Shown piece after piece: positions 49,519 through 60,520 of a DNA stretch of 64,000 nucleotides; the first letter of the stretch is position 1; every line of letters starts with the position of its first letter. A model generated the notes under the pieces. It was not told the DNA's origin and did not search any database. It was given only the letters and a program-made list of their open reading frames with translations. Source of the DNA: Eutreptiella sp. 'Long Island Sound 2002' (lineage: Eukaryota > Protista > Euglenida); contig OZ038378.1 in the NCBI GenBank assembly GCA_964036045.1, positions 43,710,001 through 43,774,000 of the forward strand, in the 5' to 3' direction. A program made the translations under genes and the position numbers.

Positions 49519-50912
49519 CACAACACTAATGGTGGGCCGCAAGTGTTGTAGTTTGTCTGCAAGGAATGGTAGGAAGTTGGATGGGATTTCGAACCCCCCG
49601 GGAACTCCATTGGGAAGTAACTTTCAGAACTGAAAGTACCACCGGGAAGTCACCGCAAAGTTGGACTCTCCGGGTCCATGTGGACCAGGAAGTCACTTCC
49701 TGGTCCCATGGGACCTTCCTCACCAAAACACCATATCGGCGAGTTTGGACCAAATTCAAAAAGTTGCTAGCCTCCTCACCTCAAGCCCTAAAAATCGCCC
49801 CTCACTCCCCCCGAGGGCACTATGGGGGGTCCTATGAAAATGGACCTTGGAAGTGGGGGACTTCCCGGTAGGACTTCCTGAAACACGCCCCATGTTGAGA
49901 CTCTTTTCTTGAGCCTGAATTTTTGTCCAGTGCCAAGTCCCAATTATATTATGCTATACTATGCCGTATTGGCCCAATGCCAACTAATTCATGTGCATGA
50001 TGGTTTGGCCCGGGTGGGGTGCCACCAACACAAGTGGCCAGGAATCGACCCGGGGCCCTTAAGCAAAAGTACAGCCTACCATTGAATTGTGGAGTTACTC
50101 AGCATAGATAGGGGAGGGATGGTATAAAGTTTAGTAAATAAATTTTCTTTTACTTAGTAAATAAAGAAATTTCGTTTTAACTTTTTTTTGGAATTTTTTT
50201 TTCACTAAGTTTTACCTCGTCCACTACTAAGTTCACCAAATACCAGGTGGGTTTGGCGCAAGGGGGGTTGGCGCTGACGAGGCGCAATTGGGGGGGGGTG
50301 CTGATGAGGTGCACGGGGTGGGGTTGGGGATTTGGTGTTAACGAGGTGCATCGGGGGGGTTGGCGCGAATGAGGCGTGCCCCCGGCGTGATTTGTGCCAG
50401 GTGTACTGAGGTGGGCAAATCTGGCCATAAATTCCAATCTTTGCATTTGTGCAAGGAGGTGGCTATTCATTGGGGAAGTTTGGAGGATGTTATGGTCATG
50501 CCGAGTCTACCTCGAGGCGTCAAGAGGAGAGGCATTGGGTATCACCATGGAGCATGATTACCTGAACGGGGAGGATTGAAATGGCTACATGACCCCACCA
50601 GATTGGGCTCCTCGAAAGTGGGGAGGATGCTGTGTTGGTTCCCCATTGAGTGGGTGGTTTTGAAAGGGGCCACACGCACATTCTGCAGAAAGGCCCTTCC
50701 CCAACAGCATCGCTAGTGCTGTCAGACTTGGGACAAGGCACATTTCCTAGATTGCCCCCATTGGACTGCCTAAGTTTATTGAGCACAATAAATGTCACAT
50801 TTCTTGTGTCACTTGAATCAGGAGATTTGGTGATGTGCCTGTGGTGCTTTAGAGCTGCTCTAGGGAAGGGTAAATCTGGGACTCAATTTTGCCACACTTG
50901 CCCAAAAGTAAA

Positions 50913-51493
50913 CCCCCCCCCCCCTTGTATAAGCTACGCCCTTGTCCCAGCTACAGCAGGCGTAGGGACCGTAATAATTGTGTAGGTAATTTTAATTGCG
51001 TACGAAATGTAGTGCGGCCACATGAGACACGGATTTGTCGTCACATTTGCCAATTACATGGAGCCATGGACACATGCAACATGCCACATGCAAGGCAATT
51101 CCATTTCCAAGAATTTGAAGTTGCCCGAGCCCAAACCAGCCCCTAAGCCTCAGCCAAAGGCATCTTCAAGTGGTGAGCATGTGCAATTGTTCCGCATGGT
51201 GTATGATCGCAAGAAAGGTTTCCAAGCCGAACATTTGTAGGCTTCGCATTCTTCATTGCTTGTGCCAACATGGGTGTGAACCTAAAATTTTCATGTTCCC
51301 AAGGCTTCCTTGCGTTTGCATACACTTGGGAAATGTGGGCAGAGGTCAAGGTGCACTCATACCATACGCGCGCGCACGTGTGTGTCGGTAGTTGTATGTG
51401 TTGCGCGCAAGCTACGCCCTTGTCCAAGCTACAGTGGGCGTAGGGACCGTAATAATTCCGTACATTGGCGTAGCTTATACAAGGGGGGGGGGG
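50913..51493. mobile_element. ~580 bp MITE with perfect TIRs
   Basis: (C)n-ttgtataagctacgcc at the left end and ggcgtagcttatacaa-(G)n at the right end. An internal direct repeat (aagctacgcccttgtccNagctacag...gcgtagggaccgtaataatt) lies near both ends. Confidence 0.85.
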
Positions 51494-52959
51494 TAGCATA
51501 TTGGGGGCAAATGCAACCCCAATGAAAACCAAGGGTGAGTATTTACTCCTGTGGGCAGAAGATGGGCAGGTGCGTCACAATTGTTCCCATACTTGGGCCA
51601 CTAACGCACACATATGAAGAGTTGGGAGCGATAAACGATGCAACGAGTGTAGACCTTCCACAAATCATCTCAAATTGTATCGGTGGGCTGTGTTCAAGCT
51701 AGGACAAGATGATACACCGGAACTGGTCCGCAATGTGTCATCTGCATTGCGATGCTGTTGTTCTTTGATCCCTGGGCCATAGTGCACCTGGCTGTTGTTG
51801 GATGCAAACAGGCACTGCACGGCAAATTGTATATCCTTCAACTGCGATCTGGATCCCAAGCAGTGCACATAAAAGCCCCATAAGATAAGATGCTTGCGTA
51901 GAGCCTTTAGAAAGCCATTCTCTAGTCGACATGGTCATGTGTTCCGTTTTCATGGCTAAGTGCTGCGCCTGTCATTTGTTGCCGCTCGGATTTTGTTTAT
52001 TTTTCGCCAAGTGGGCCATTGTGTGAGGGGTTGTAAGTGCATGTGTCCGCATTCCCAGGGCCATGGCAAAGCTGAAACGCACGCTATTTGGTGACATTCT
52101 CCCTGTGGAATGAAGGAAGTGCCCTGCAGTTGTTGTGGTGTCCATCATCCTGGCCGTTCCATTCATGACATCAGCCCACCCCTGCGGGGCTCAGTAGAGT
52201 CCAGCCGCAATGACAGGGCGAGTGTCGCTATCGCCTGTGCCCCATGAAATCGTGGAGGATGAGGATGAATCTTGGGCCACGGAGGACAAGAGTGTAGCAT
52301 CAGAGATATCGGCCATGCCACCCCCCACGAAGTCGGTGATGCTCCTTGCAATGCCGCATGCCGTGACCAAATTGACACCGCTTGAGATTGTGCAATGCCA
52401 AAAGCTGTACGCATCCGCCAAGGGCACCATTGTTAGTGTGGAGAGGCTCCAGCACATCCTCCAGGTATGTCTCAGGCACCCCATTTCTGCATACCAGGGG
52501 GTGGGGGAAGTTGGGAAGCGAGAAAATTGATGTGGACAAATTTCGAAGCCCTCCCTCGTACTAAAATTTTCCTGCAATTTGAAGGATGCTCTATGCCATA
52601 CACACCATGCACACCAGGCACGGGAAGCAGGGAGGGCTTTCTGTGTGCTATCCCCTCTTGCAATGTCCCTGCCCTTGCAGTGTGAATGCGTAATAGAGAG
52701 ATGAGATGCGGTGTCGACTGACACTGTGTTCTCTGTAGGTCTGCACAACTGCCGACGTTCAAGACCAGCATGGATTGGCGGTCTGCAACTGGCCTTCGAG
52801 TGGTCCTGCAACTGCCCCCCCCCCCCCCCGGCCAACGATGAAACGCGCGTACACCTATTAGTCATCTACCCACACAGACATGGATCATTTTGTTGTACCA
52901 AAGGCTGTTGTTGAGGCTTCAGAGGTGCAGTGCCGTTGCAGCAAGCAGCACAACAGTAC

Positions 52960-53395
52960 CATACATCAGCGCACAAAGGGAAGACCGGAGATTCATACAA
53001 GAAGAAACCATGGGCTGACTGGTCTGCTGAAAAGCGAGCTGCTTGTGCACAAGAATATGCCCGTAATGGCATTGCCGGGGTGCGATTGCAATATGGCAAA
53101 ACACATCCACCGGCAACCACAAATTCCCACTGGGCCAAGGCAGTGGCCAACAACCGATGTCTACAAAAGGGTGGCCGCCCAAGTGCCCTGAGTGCAGAAG
53201 AGTCGAAGACTGTAAAGGAGGCTTTTGATGCAGTGTGAACAAAAGGTGCACCTATTGACGGGGAGTTAATTGTCATCTTGGCCAACGAAACTGTCCAGGC
53301 GACACAACCTACTCAAGAGGAAGATGAAAAGCCGGAATTTCACAAGGAGTGGGCCAGAAAATGGGCATGGCGTAACGATTTGTCAAAAAAGATTC
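52960..53395 (+). pseudogene. pogo/Tigger (Tc5/CENP-B-type) transposase N-terminal DNA-binding fragment
   Basis: WSAEKRAACAQEYARNG...GGRPSALSAEESKTVKEAFDAV*TKGAPIDGELIVILA...EFHKEWARKWAWRNDLS matches the tandem-HTH pattern GRP..L..E.E...R..G.PI...A...F...W..F..R..L. One TGA stop; no DDD domain follows. Confidence 0.7.
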
Positions 53396-53525
53396 CTCAA
53401 CAAGACCACGTGGGAGATGCAATTTCGAGCTTTGTCTTTTGGTATAGTGCTTTAGCACCCCTGCGGTCATACACGATACCATTGATCACTCCCGTGTCGC
53501 GAATCTTCGAGCTATCCACGCGGAA

Positions 53526-53790
53526 CCAGGAAATAACAGCCACCATCCATAGCCCTCTAGGAAATAACAGCAACCATCTAGGACCCATTAGGAAATAACC
53601 GCAACCATCCAGAGCCCACCAGGAAATAACAGCAACCATCTAGGACCCATTAGGAAATAACCGCAACCATCCAGAGCCCACCAAGAAATAACAGCAACCA
53701 TTCAGGGCCCTCCACGAAATAACAGCAACCATCCAGGACTCATCAAGAAATAGCACTAACCACCTAGAATCCACCATGAACATCCAACAG
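53526..53790 (+). repeat. 31 bp minisatellite (~8 copies); related inverted copy at ~62900-63030
   Basis: Unit aggaaataacagcaaccatccagagcccacc, with alternating variants. Confidence 0.9.
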
Positions 53791-54014
53791 GAAGCAGTAG
53801 CAAGGGGCCTCATACCAAATTTTCCCTTCAGCAATACCGAAAATTTCCCCTCCTAATTTTGGCCATCCCAGAAACCCCCCCCCCCCCCCCTCCCCCGGTA
53901 GCACAAAGTGGCAGATGATGGCCGTCGGGTAATCACTGAGCGCCGTCGGTCGTCCTCCATCTGCGGTCGATTACCCGCCCCATGACAAGCTCGGTAGAGT
54001 AGTGGACGCAAAAT

Positions 54015-54911
54015 GTGCACACCCTTGCTCTCATTTCACAGTGTCATGGCATCAGCTACACTATCGATCAGCTGATGGCAGATTTGGAGGAGATCCAGTT
54101 CAGCTTTGAAAACAGTCGGGTCATGGACCTGTCGAGTTTCATCCGTGTGATGGAGATAGAGAAGGGCCGCCTGGAGGAAGTCGCGATGCAGGACCAGGCA
54201 ATGGATGCGGTCGACGCTTTCGTCTGTCTGGGAGGGAACGCTGACAAGAGCGGCCACATCCCAGCGGCCAATCTGCACACTCTCATGTTTGAGTTCGGCC
54301 TGGGCCACAGTCTCGAGCTGGTGCCAAAGAGTCAGGCGCGGCAGAAGTCGTTCACGTACAGAGATTTCGAGGAGATGTTCGACCTTGGATGCGAAGTCCA
54401 GGAGGATTTCAATGCCTTCTCGCGAGATTTGGAGGCGGAGCTGCGCTTGGAACAGGTGGCACATGTGGCGGAGTGGGATGATTTTGTCAACCCAGGCTCA
54501 GCCCAGGCTGACCCTGAGCATCGTAAGATTTCTATTGGCACACGTTTGGTGCACCTTTTGGACACCGTCCCGGAGTCGCGCCGCTGCTCTGCGGTGTCCA
54601 ACGGCAGCGTTGGGTGTAGGCGTGTGTCCACCGTGAGTGCGGTTGCTATGCGGCGGTACAGCAGCAGCCTGTCAACATTTCCCTCAGCCACCAACATTGA
54701 GCTCCGGCCCAGACGTGTGACCTTGAAGCATGGGAACACCGATAGAAAAAGTCTCGACCATGGCGCACAGGACTGCGTGCCTTCAGGAACAAGAACAGGG
54801 GACCGTGGCTCACGGGACCATGATTTCGGAGGCTATGTGATGCCGCGCCCCAGAGCTCCAGTGCAGAAGCGTGGCGACACGTGCACAACAAAAGATGACA
54901 ATACACCTGAG
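54015..54911 (+). CDS. Host gene exon: EF-hand protein resembling outer dynein arm docking-complex DC3/LC4-like proteins, followed by an Arg/Ser-rich disordered region; 5' end unresolved
   Basis: MDLSSFIRVMEIEK...DAVDAFVCLGGNADKSGHIPAANLHTLMFEFGL...FTYRDFEEMF resembles the AFVALGGNxDKSG...FGL signature of that family. Codon usage is GC3-rich, and there is a candidate phase-0 GT donor at 54912. Confidence 0.65.
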
Positions 54912-54995
54912 GTCCTCCATCACTGCTGTTGCTGCCTTTCCTCTGGCCCTCATGGCGCCGCCCTTGTGCTCGTGCTGGCCCCGCCCAAGGGGTGC

Positions 54996-55093
54996 GGCCG
55001 GTTCAAATCCAGACCCCCTCCCCCGCCCCCGCCCCCCCCTCCAGACCCCCCAAAGTTTTCGCACACGGTTGGGTTTCAACATTCGAACAGGCC
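54996..55093. mobile_element. 98 bp mini-MITE in the putative intron
   Basis: ggccggttcaaat and attcgaacaggcc form 11/13 bp inverted ends. The C-rich core cccctccagacccccc recurs near 1120, 3560 and 46880. Confidence 0.6.
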
Positions 55094-55317
55094 GCCCCCC
55101 TTGCCCCCGCCCCTTGCCCCGGCCCTGTCCCAGCCCCTCTGCTATAGCCGCTGTCACTACCATTGCGCCTGACTACAGGCAATAGCACTGCCGGTGCCGC
55201 CCCTACCCCTTCTGCCAATGTTGCTGACCACTGCCCCCTTGTTCATGCAACTGCCCCTGCTCCTGCACAGCCCCTACTGCCTTCCACCGGCCACTGTGAG
55301 TGCTGCTGCCTCCGCAG

Positions 55318-55989
55318 GTTGCAGCATCGCCGCTGGTAGACACCGGTCCTGAGCACCCATGGATAACCCACGCAGCTGAAGTACCCGATGCAAAGGTCAA
55401 GGAGCGCCCGGTGCCCATTCCCAAGCCCTCGTACATTACCAACTGTAAAGTAGAGCGCATTTGGAAGAAGCACATGACCATCAGTTCGACCAGCAGATGC
55501 ACCAAAGCACGTCCCAATGTGTCAAAGCGCGAGCCTGCGCCACAGGCCTCATGGGCTGTGCCACCAATGCACGCCGACACCCAGGGCTTTGCAGGGGGTG
55601 CCCCCATAGTTATCGAGAGGCTGCTTCTGCAGCAGGAGAAAGCGTTGGGCGAGATCTTGCGGCAATGTGCACGGGACAGCAACGTGGCGGCCGCAGCGGT
55701 TGAGGACAAAATCCGGCGCCGCAAGCGTCCAACTCCCACTAAGTGTTCCCGGGAGAAGTGCAGCGCAGGTCACAAGCTGCAGAGGAACGCAAGGGCCGGT
55801 GCAAAAGGACAGGCCTGGCCCACAGATCGGAATCTGGTAGATCGGTTGTTGCAGACGGACGAGACGGACTATGTGGTTTCGCTGGTGCGGCAGTTTCATG
55901 CTCGTGTGTTTGTGGAAGACGACGGGCAACACCAGGACCACGTAGTGAAGGCCACATGTTTGAGGAGTCTTCAGGAGGCGCTGAACAAG
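55318..55989 (+). CDS. Probable second exon of the EF-hand gene
   Basis: Open frame 55300-56079, a ccgcAG acceptor at 55317 in phase with the 54912 donor, and a candidate donor aag|GTCC at 55990 where low-complexity repeats begin. Confidence 0.45.
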
Positions 55990-55999
55990 GTCCCAACTC

Positions 56000-56345
56000 C
56001 CTGCAACCCTCTGCAACATGCCGCATCTCTCGAAGGCCCTTGCAATCCACACTCATCTTCGGCCCCTAGCACTTCATAGCCCTCTCCAGCACTCTACAAC
56101 CCTCTGCAACCCTCTCTGACCCTCTGCAACCTGCTGCAACCCTCTATCGCCCTTTCAAGTCTTCTGCCACTCGCTGTTGTTCGCTCCCTTCCACAACCCT
56201 CCAAAACCCGCCACAACACTCTCTGACCGTTACTAACACCTTCCAACCTCCTACAGTCCCCTGCAGCACTCAGCAAGTCCCCACAACCCCGTGCAGCCTC
56301 GAATTTTCCCCTGCGACCTTTGGAGACCCTCTGCAACCCGCTGCC
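56000..56345 (+). repeat. Degenerate ~11 bp tandem repeat (ccctctgcaac)
   Basis: Repeated ccctctgcaac/ccctctctgac variants. Confidence 0.7.
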
Positions 56346-56397
56346 TGTCAACAATTCTGGGAATCCCCCTGTCTCAGAAGGCCTGTCCAAGATTCAG

Positions 56398-57267
56398 AGG
56401 TGTATGTACCACATTGCTTTGGGGCCTAATTTATTTCGGCTCCGATTTGTAGATGTGGACCATGACGCTCAGTTTGTGTGCGTTTCCGCTGAGCCACACA
56501 ACTGCCCTCCACTCGCTTCGTGGTGGGCCAGTGGCAATGAAATACAAGTGGCATTGGAGCGGGTTGTGTCCAAGTGCCTCCATCATAGAATTTTAATTAC
56601 CGCGCGCAAGATACGGCTTGTCTCATGCCCCCGGGGCGTATGTACCTGTTGGGACCTGGCCGGTTCTTGGACAAGGGGGGCCACAGAGAAAGTTTGCACT
56701 ACTTTCTGCAATCCTCAGCAACCCTCTCCCTGCTACCAGCTGCAGCCCTCTACCTTACATTCTCAGGTGCTGGTGGTGCAGGATGCTTACGGCAATGTGT
56801 ACAGAGGGGCAGTGAGTGTGCAGAAAATCTTCCATTTGAGCCCTACTGGGAAGCACGGCGGGCAGGAGTGGGCATTGCTGTGCAATATCTGCAAGTTGCA
56901 GAAGAGATGTGTGCTGCGGGTCCTGCTCTTGCGCCACGAGCCACACATGCAGTTTGCACTGCGCGATGGCTCTTCTGCCACCCCTGACCCACACACCCTG
57001 AGCTCTGTCCCCAACCCGAGCCTGGACTCTACCCCTGGTTCCAGACACAACTCAAATGTTAGCCAAAATGAAGCTCCAATGCGCAGCACAGCCGCCTCCA
57101 ATGCGCCGCCCGTGCCACACCTTCGGAGTGAGAGTATATCTGCTATTGGCGCACACCTGCAGCGGGATGTCCCTCCTCTCTCCCCCTTGCCACCTGAGGT
57201 CCCCAACGGGGAGCATTCCCTTGTGCATGCATTCGCGGCGAAGGACCTGCTGATGATGGATGTATAA
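56398..57267 (+). CDS. Probable terminal exon or exons of the same host gene
   Basis: Open frame 56320-57267 with globular-looking segments (DVDHDAQFVCVSAEP..., VLVVQDAYGNVYRGAV...) and a phase-0 attcAG acceptor at 56397. An internal in-frame intron is possible. Confidence 0.4.
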   Translation, partial: RCMYHIALGPNLFRLRFVDVDHDAQFVCVSAEPHNCPPLASWWASGNEIQVALERVVSKCLHHRILITARKIRLVSCPRGVCTCWDLAGSWTRGATEKVCTTFCNPQQPSPCYQLQPSTLHSQVLVVQDAYGNVYRGAVSVQKIFHLSPTGKHGGQEWALLCNICKLQKRCVLRVLLLRHEPHMQFALRDGSSATPDPHTLSSVPNPSLDSTPGSRHNSNVSQNEAPMRSTAASNAPPVPHLRSESISAIGAHLQRDVPPLSPLPPEVPNGEHSLVHAFAAKDLLMMDV

Positions 57268-57699
57268 GCGCACAGGGGTGGGCCCATTTGCTTCCGAAGG
57301 TGGGAGTCATGCCACCCATATCCGCGGTTAGAGGGTTTGGGACAGGGGAAGTAATGCGTTAGAATCGGCAGTCTTTAAGGAGGGCCCCGGCCTCAATCGT
57401 TGCACAAGAGCACGCTGACTCTGACCTGTTCATCGTTCTGAATCGAATGCATGCGACAGCCATCCTGGTCCCAGCAACATTGGCCATGGCTGAAGACCAC
57501 ACCAAACCAAGCAGAAGCAGGTTGCAGTCTCAAGCAGATTGGTGTTATCAGCAGAAACAGCTCTTCACAGGCATGGCCCACTTTTTCCCATGTTGTCATG
57601 GTATGGGTGATGCATGGCCTTGTCTAAGCACAAGCACATGATACAGGATACAGGATTTGAGGGCGCTTACAACGGGTGTCGGGGATCGAGGGATGGCAC

Positions 57700-59168
57700 T
57701 AGACCAGTGGGGGTGGGTGTGGGGCAAACAATGAACGTTGTTATATATGCACCGTGGGTTGGCGGAGGAACCCCGTCAGCCCCTGGAAGTGTGGCGTGCG
57801 TTTGGCCGCCTTTACTTGCCCAAGTGGGACTTGGATTTTATCCGACGGGCGCTGTGGAAAAAATTGCCTATTGGTGGCAAAACGGGGCATCGAGTGGGAA
57901 GTAAGCTCTGCCCTCTATGCCATAAGCTGGAGGACCACGAGCACGTGCTTCGGCACAACGGTCCCACCTTTCATTTTTGATACGGTTCGCAAGGCCTTCG
58001 GCCTTGTCGCACTAGACCAGCTGGTTGTAGAGCCTAGTCGTGTTTTGCTGGAGAACCCCACACTGTCTTTGCAGACAAGCCAGGGACTGGTATTGTGGGC
58101 GGCCCTCAAAGCGTAGTGGTCATTGCGCTGAGAAGCACGCTTTCAGGGAGCGGCACCCACCTTGGATGACTTTGAGGCATGGTGGGTGGGGGTATTGGAG
58201 GTTTGGCGGGCGGAAAAAGACCTATCACTCTCCAGAGTGGACTTACAGCATTTGATTGAGCAACTATTTTCATGGTTCACGGGGGGGATGTTCATACAAA
58301 AGACCCTGGCCGCCGGGGTATATCCGGCAAAGCCCACGACCACGCCTGGGGACCTAAAAGAGCAGAAGTGGGGAAAGTATAGGGACGCAGTGGTCGAGAA
58401 ATTGGCCGTGCTAGAGAGAGGGGGCTGGCAGCCGGCATACACAGACGGGTCGGCAAAACAAGTACGCGGTTGGTGGCAAGCGGGGTACGGCGTTTGGTTT
58501 GGGCAGGGTGAGGATAGGAACATAGGGGCGCCAGTGCCGACGCACGAACGCCAGAGTGTTAGCCGAGGAGAACTATGGGGTGTTTTGTGTGCACCGGAAC
58601 AGCGAAGATGGAGAGGATGGCGGTGGTCCTGGATTCCGAATACGTGTATAAAGGCATAACGGAATGGTTGGTGAAATGGCACCACAACGGTTGGCGGGTC
58701 AAGAACAGGGAGGTGGGGCACAAGGACTTGTGGGAACATATTTTTCTGCTACGGCGGGAGGCGGGGTCGTTGTTGCAGCTGGTGTGGACGCCTTCCCATA
58801 TGCAGGTGGTGGGAAATGACAGGGCTGATGCACTGTCGGAGGAGGGCAGGCTGCAGCATCCACATAACAAAAAACGGAGGTCAGAGGAGCCGAGGCCACT
58901 GCCGTTGTGGGAGGAGGTGGGGCTTCTGCCCATGCGATCCGACGTGTCGTCCTCGGTAGGGGGGGGACCGACAAAACCCCCCGTTGTAGCCGGAGCCCAG
59001 TCAAGTGCTGGGGGCTCATTGACCTCGTCAGAGGGGTCGGCCACGTCGACAGGATCCTCCATAGCAGACTGGGTGAGTGCGTCCAGTGATGGGGGGGTTG
59101 AACTTCAGTGCCAACGTCAACGATCGGCAGCGGGAGCGCAAAAGAGCGAGGGGAGCAACATAGCATAG
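57700..59168 (+). mobile_element. 5'-truncated LINE: zf-RVT-like Zn knuckle followed by a C-terminal RNase H of cellular RNase HI type; decayed
   Basis: FIRRALWKKLP...LCPLCHKLEDHEHVLRH; AYTDGS, SRGELWGV, VLDSEYV, WLVKWHHNGW...HKDLW, WTPSH and GNDRADALS. Frameshifts near 57975 and 58610. Confidence 0.9.
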
Positions 59169-59482
59169 TTGGGCATGCGCAACTCTTCGATTTCACATAG
59201 GGTGGTTTGAACCCCGGGGAGGGCTGGGAACCGCCAAACGTCCCGCAGCCTCAAGGGATGTTTGCTTTTTATGGCCGCACATGAAAGGTGAGGTGCGAGC
59301 ATACTTGAAAGTGTACGGGGGCCCGGCCCCGCAATGCGCTCCGTCATCGCGGCTCGTGGAGGTGACGGCGCCGACGCTCATGAAGAGCTGCTGCTCTTGG
59401 TGTGGGGACGGCGGAGGCAAGTGACACCAGCGATGTGGAAAATGAGGTGTAGGGGGGTGGGCTGGATGACGGTTATTTAACC

Positions 59483-59836
59483 ACATTGGTAGCGTAGTAT
59501 ACTGGAAGTGCACGGGGGTCTCGTCCTGCAGAGCGTAGGTTCGATGCCCGGCGTGTAAAATATGGCGCCGACGGGCATGACACAGCTCTTTTTCCTGAGC
59601 TTGAGTGGCAACAAGACCCTATCCAACAAGGAGGTAGGGGCGACACACGGGATGTGCGTGCACATGAGAGGGCGGCTTTGCCGCTGTGCTGGACTCATGA
59701 GCGCGGCTTCGCCGCGTATGAACAATTTGTGGCCGCGGCTCCGCGCGTTTGTTGGACACGAGAACATTGAATTCCTGCCGGTGGGATACCGGGGGTGACG
59801 GCCATCGTCGGATTATGGCTAAGCACATGATACACA
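59483..59836 (+). mobile_element. Candidate tRNA-derived SINE (Pol III A/B boxes plus a LINE-like tail)
   Basis: A-box-like TAGCGTAGT at 59490 and B-box GGTTCGATGCC at 59538 are at tRNA-like spacing. The last ~120 bp align with the 3' end of the LINE fragment at 60397-60517. Confidence 0.5.
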
Positions 59837-59869
59837 CTTACAGTTTACATGAACTCCATCACAGTTGAA

Positions 59870-60520
59870 AGTCTCAGTGGCGGAGGAGGGTAGGTTGCAA
59901 AACCCGAACAACAAGAAACATTGGTTCGAAGAGCCTGCGCCGGTTGCGCAGATATGGGCGCAGATTGGGCTGCAGCCCATGCAATTTGATGTCTCGTCGT
60001 CAGCTAGGTCTGCCAGGTCTGGGTCATCAACTGCTTCGTTCTGGGTGGGACGGGGGAACAACGCCAGTTCAACCTCCACAGGGCTGCGAAGGCCCAATGT
60101 GGGCAGCATCCAGCCGACAAGTGACGATACCTTTGCAGCCATGGACACGACGGTCTGGTCCTCGCCAGGGTGGGATTCAGAGTCATGAAGTGAGAAGTCG
60201 GGTTTCAGCGTAGATGTGAGTGATGGACAGCGATTGAGGAAGCGATAGATGAAGGGTCAACGGTAATGAAGAGATCTCGCTGAACACCTAAAAGCGTTGT
60301 GACCTTACCTGGGAGGGCAGCCGCACGAGATGTGCGCAACATGGAACATGGAACTCGTGCTGGCAGCTTGACCACCCTACCTGGAACTGTGACCGAGGCT
60401 TCGCCGTGTTTGCACCGATATGCGGCCGCGGCTTTGCCGCATTCTCTGGACCAACGAGTTGAGATGTTGCCAATGTGAAGCATGAGGGTGACGAACCTTG
60501 TCGAATTATGGCTAAGCATG
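59870..60520 (+). mobile_element. Second, more truncated 3' end of the same LINE family
   Basis: AEEGRLQNPNNKKHWFEEPAPVAQIWAQIGLQPMQFDVSSS aligns with SEEGRLQHPHNKKRRSEEPRPLPLWEEVGLLPMRSDVSSS of the 57700-59168 copy. It ends in gggtgacg...ttatggctaagca. Confidence 0.75.

Noticed and set aside
49818-51784. CACTATGG (49818) and CCATAGTG (51777) as Transib-type TIRs
   Set aside because: Only 8 bp match, there is no 5 bp TSD, and they do not enclose the transposase ORF.
54996-55093. 98 bp element as a euglenid non-conventional intron or tRNA fragment
   Set aside because: It lacks the +4 CAG / -8 CTG pattern, its removal does not give an open frame, and the GTTCAAATC B-box has no A-box or cloverleaf.
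59193-59767. Minus-strand two-exon host gene
   Set aside because: The region is better explained on the plus strand as LINE 3' UTR or SINE sequence homologous to 60397-60517.
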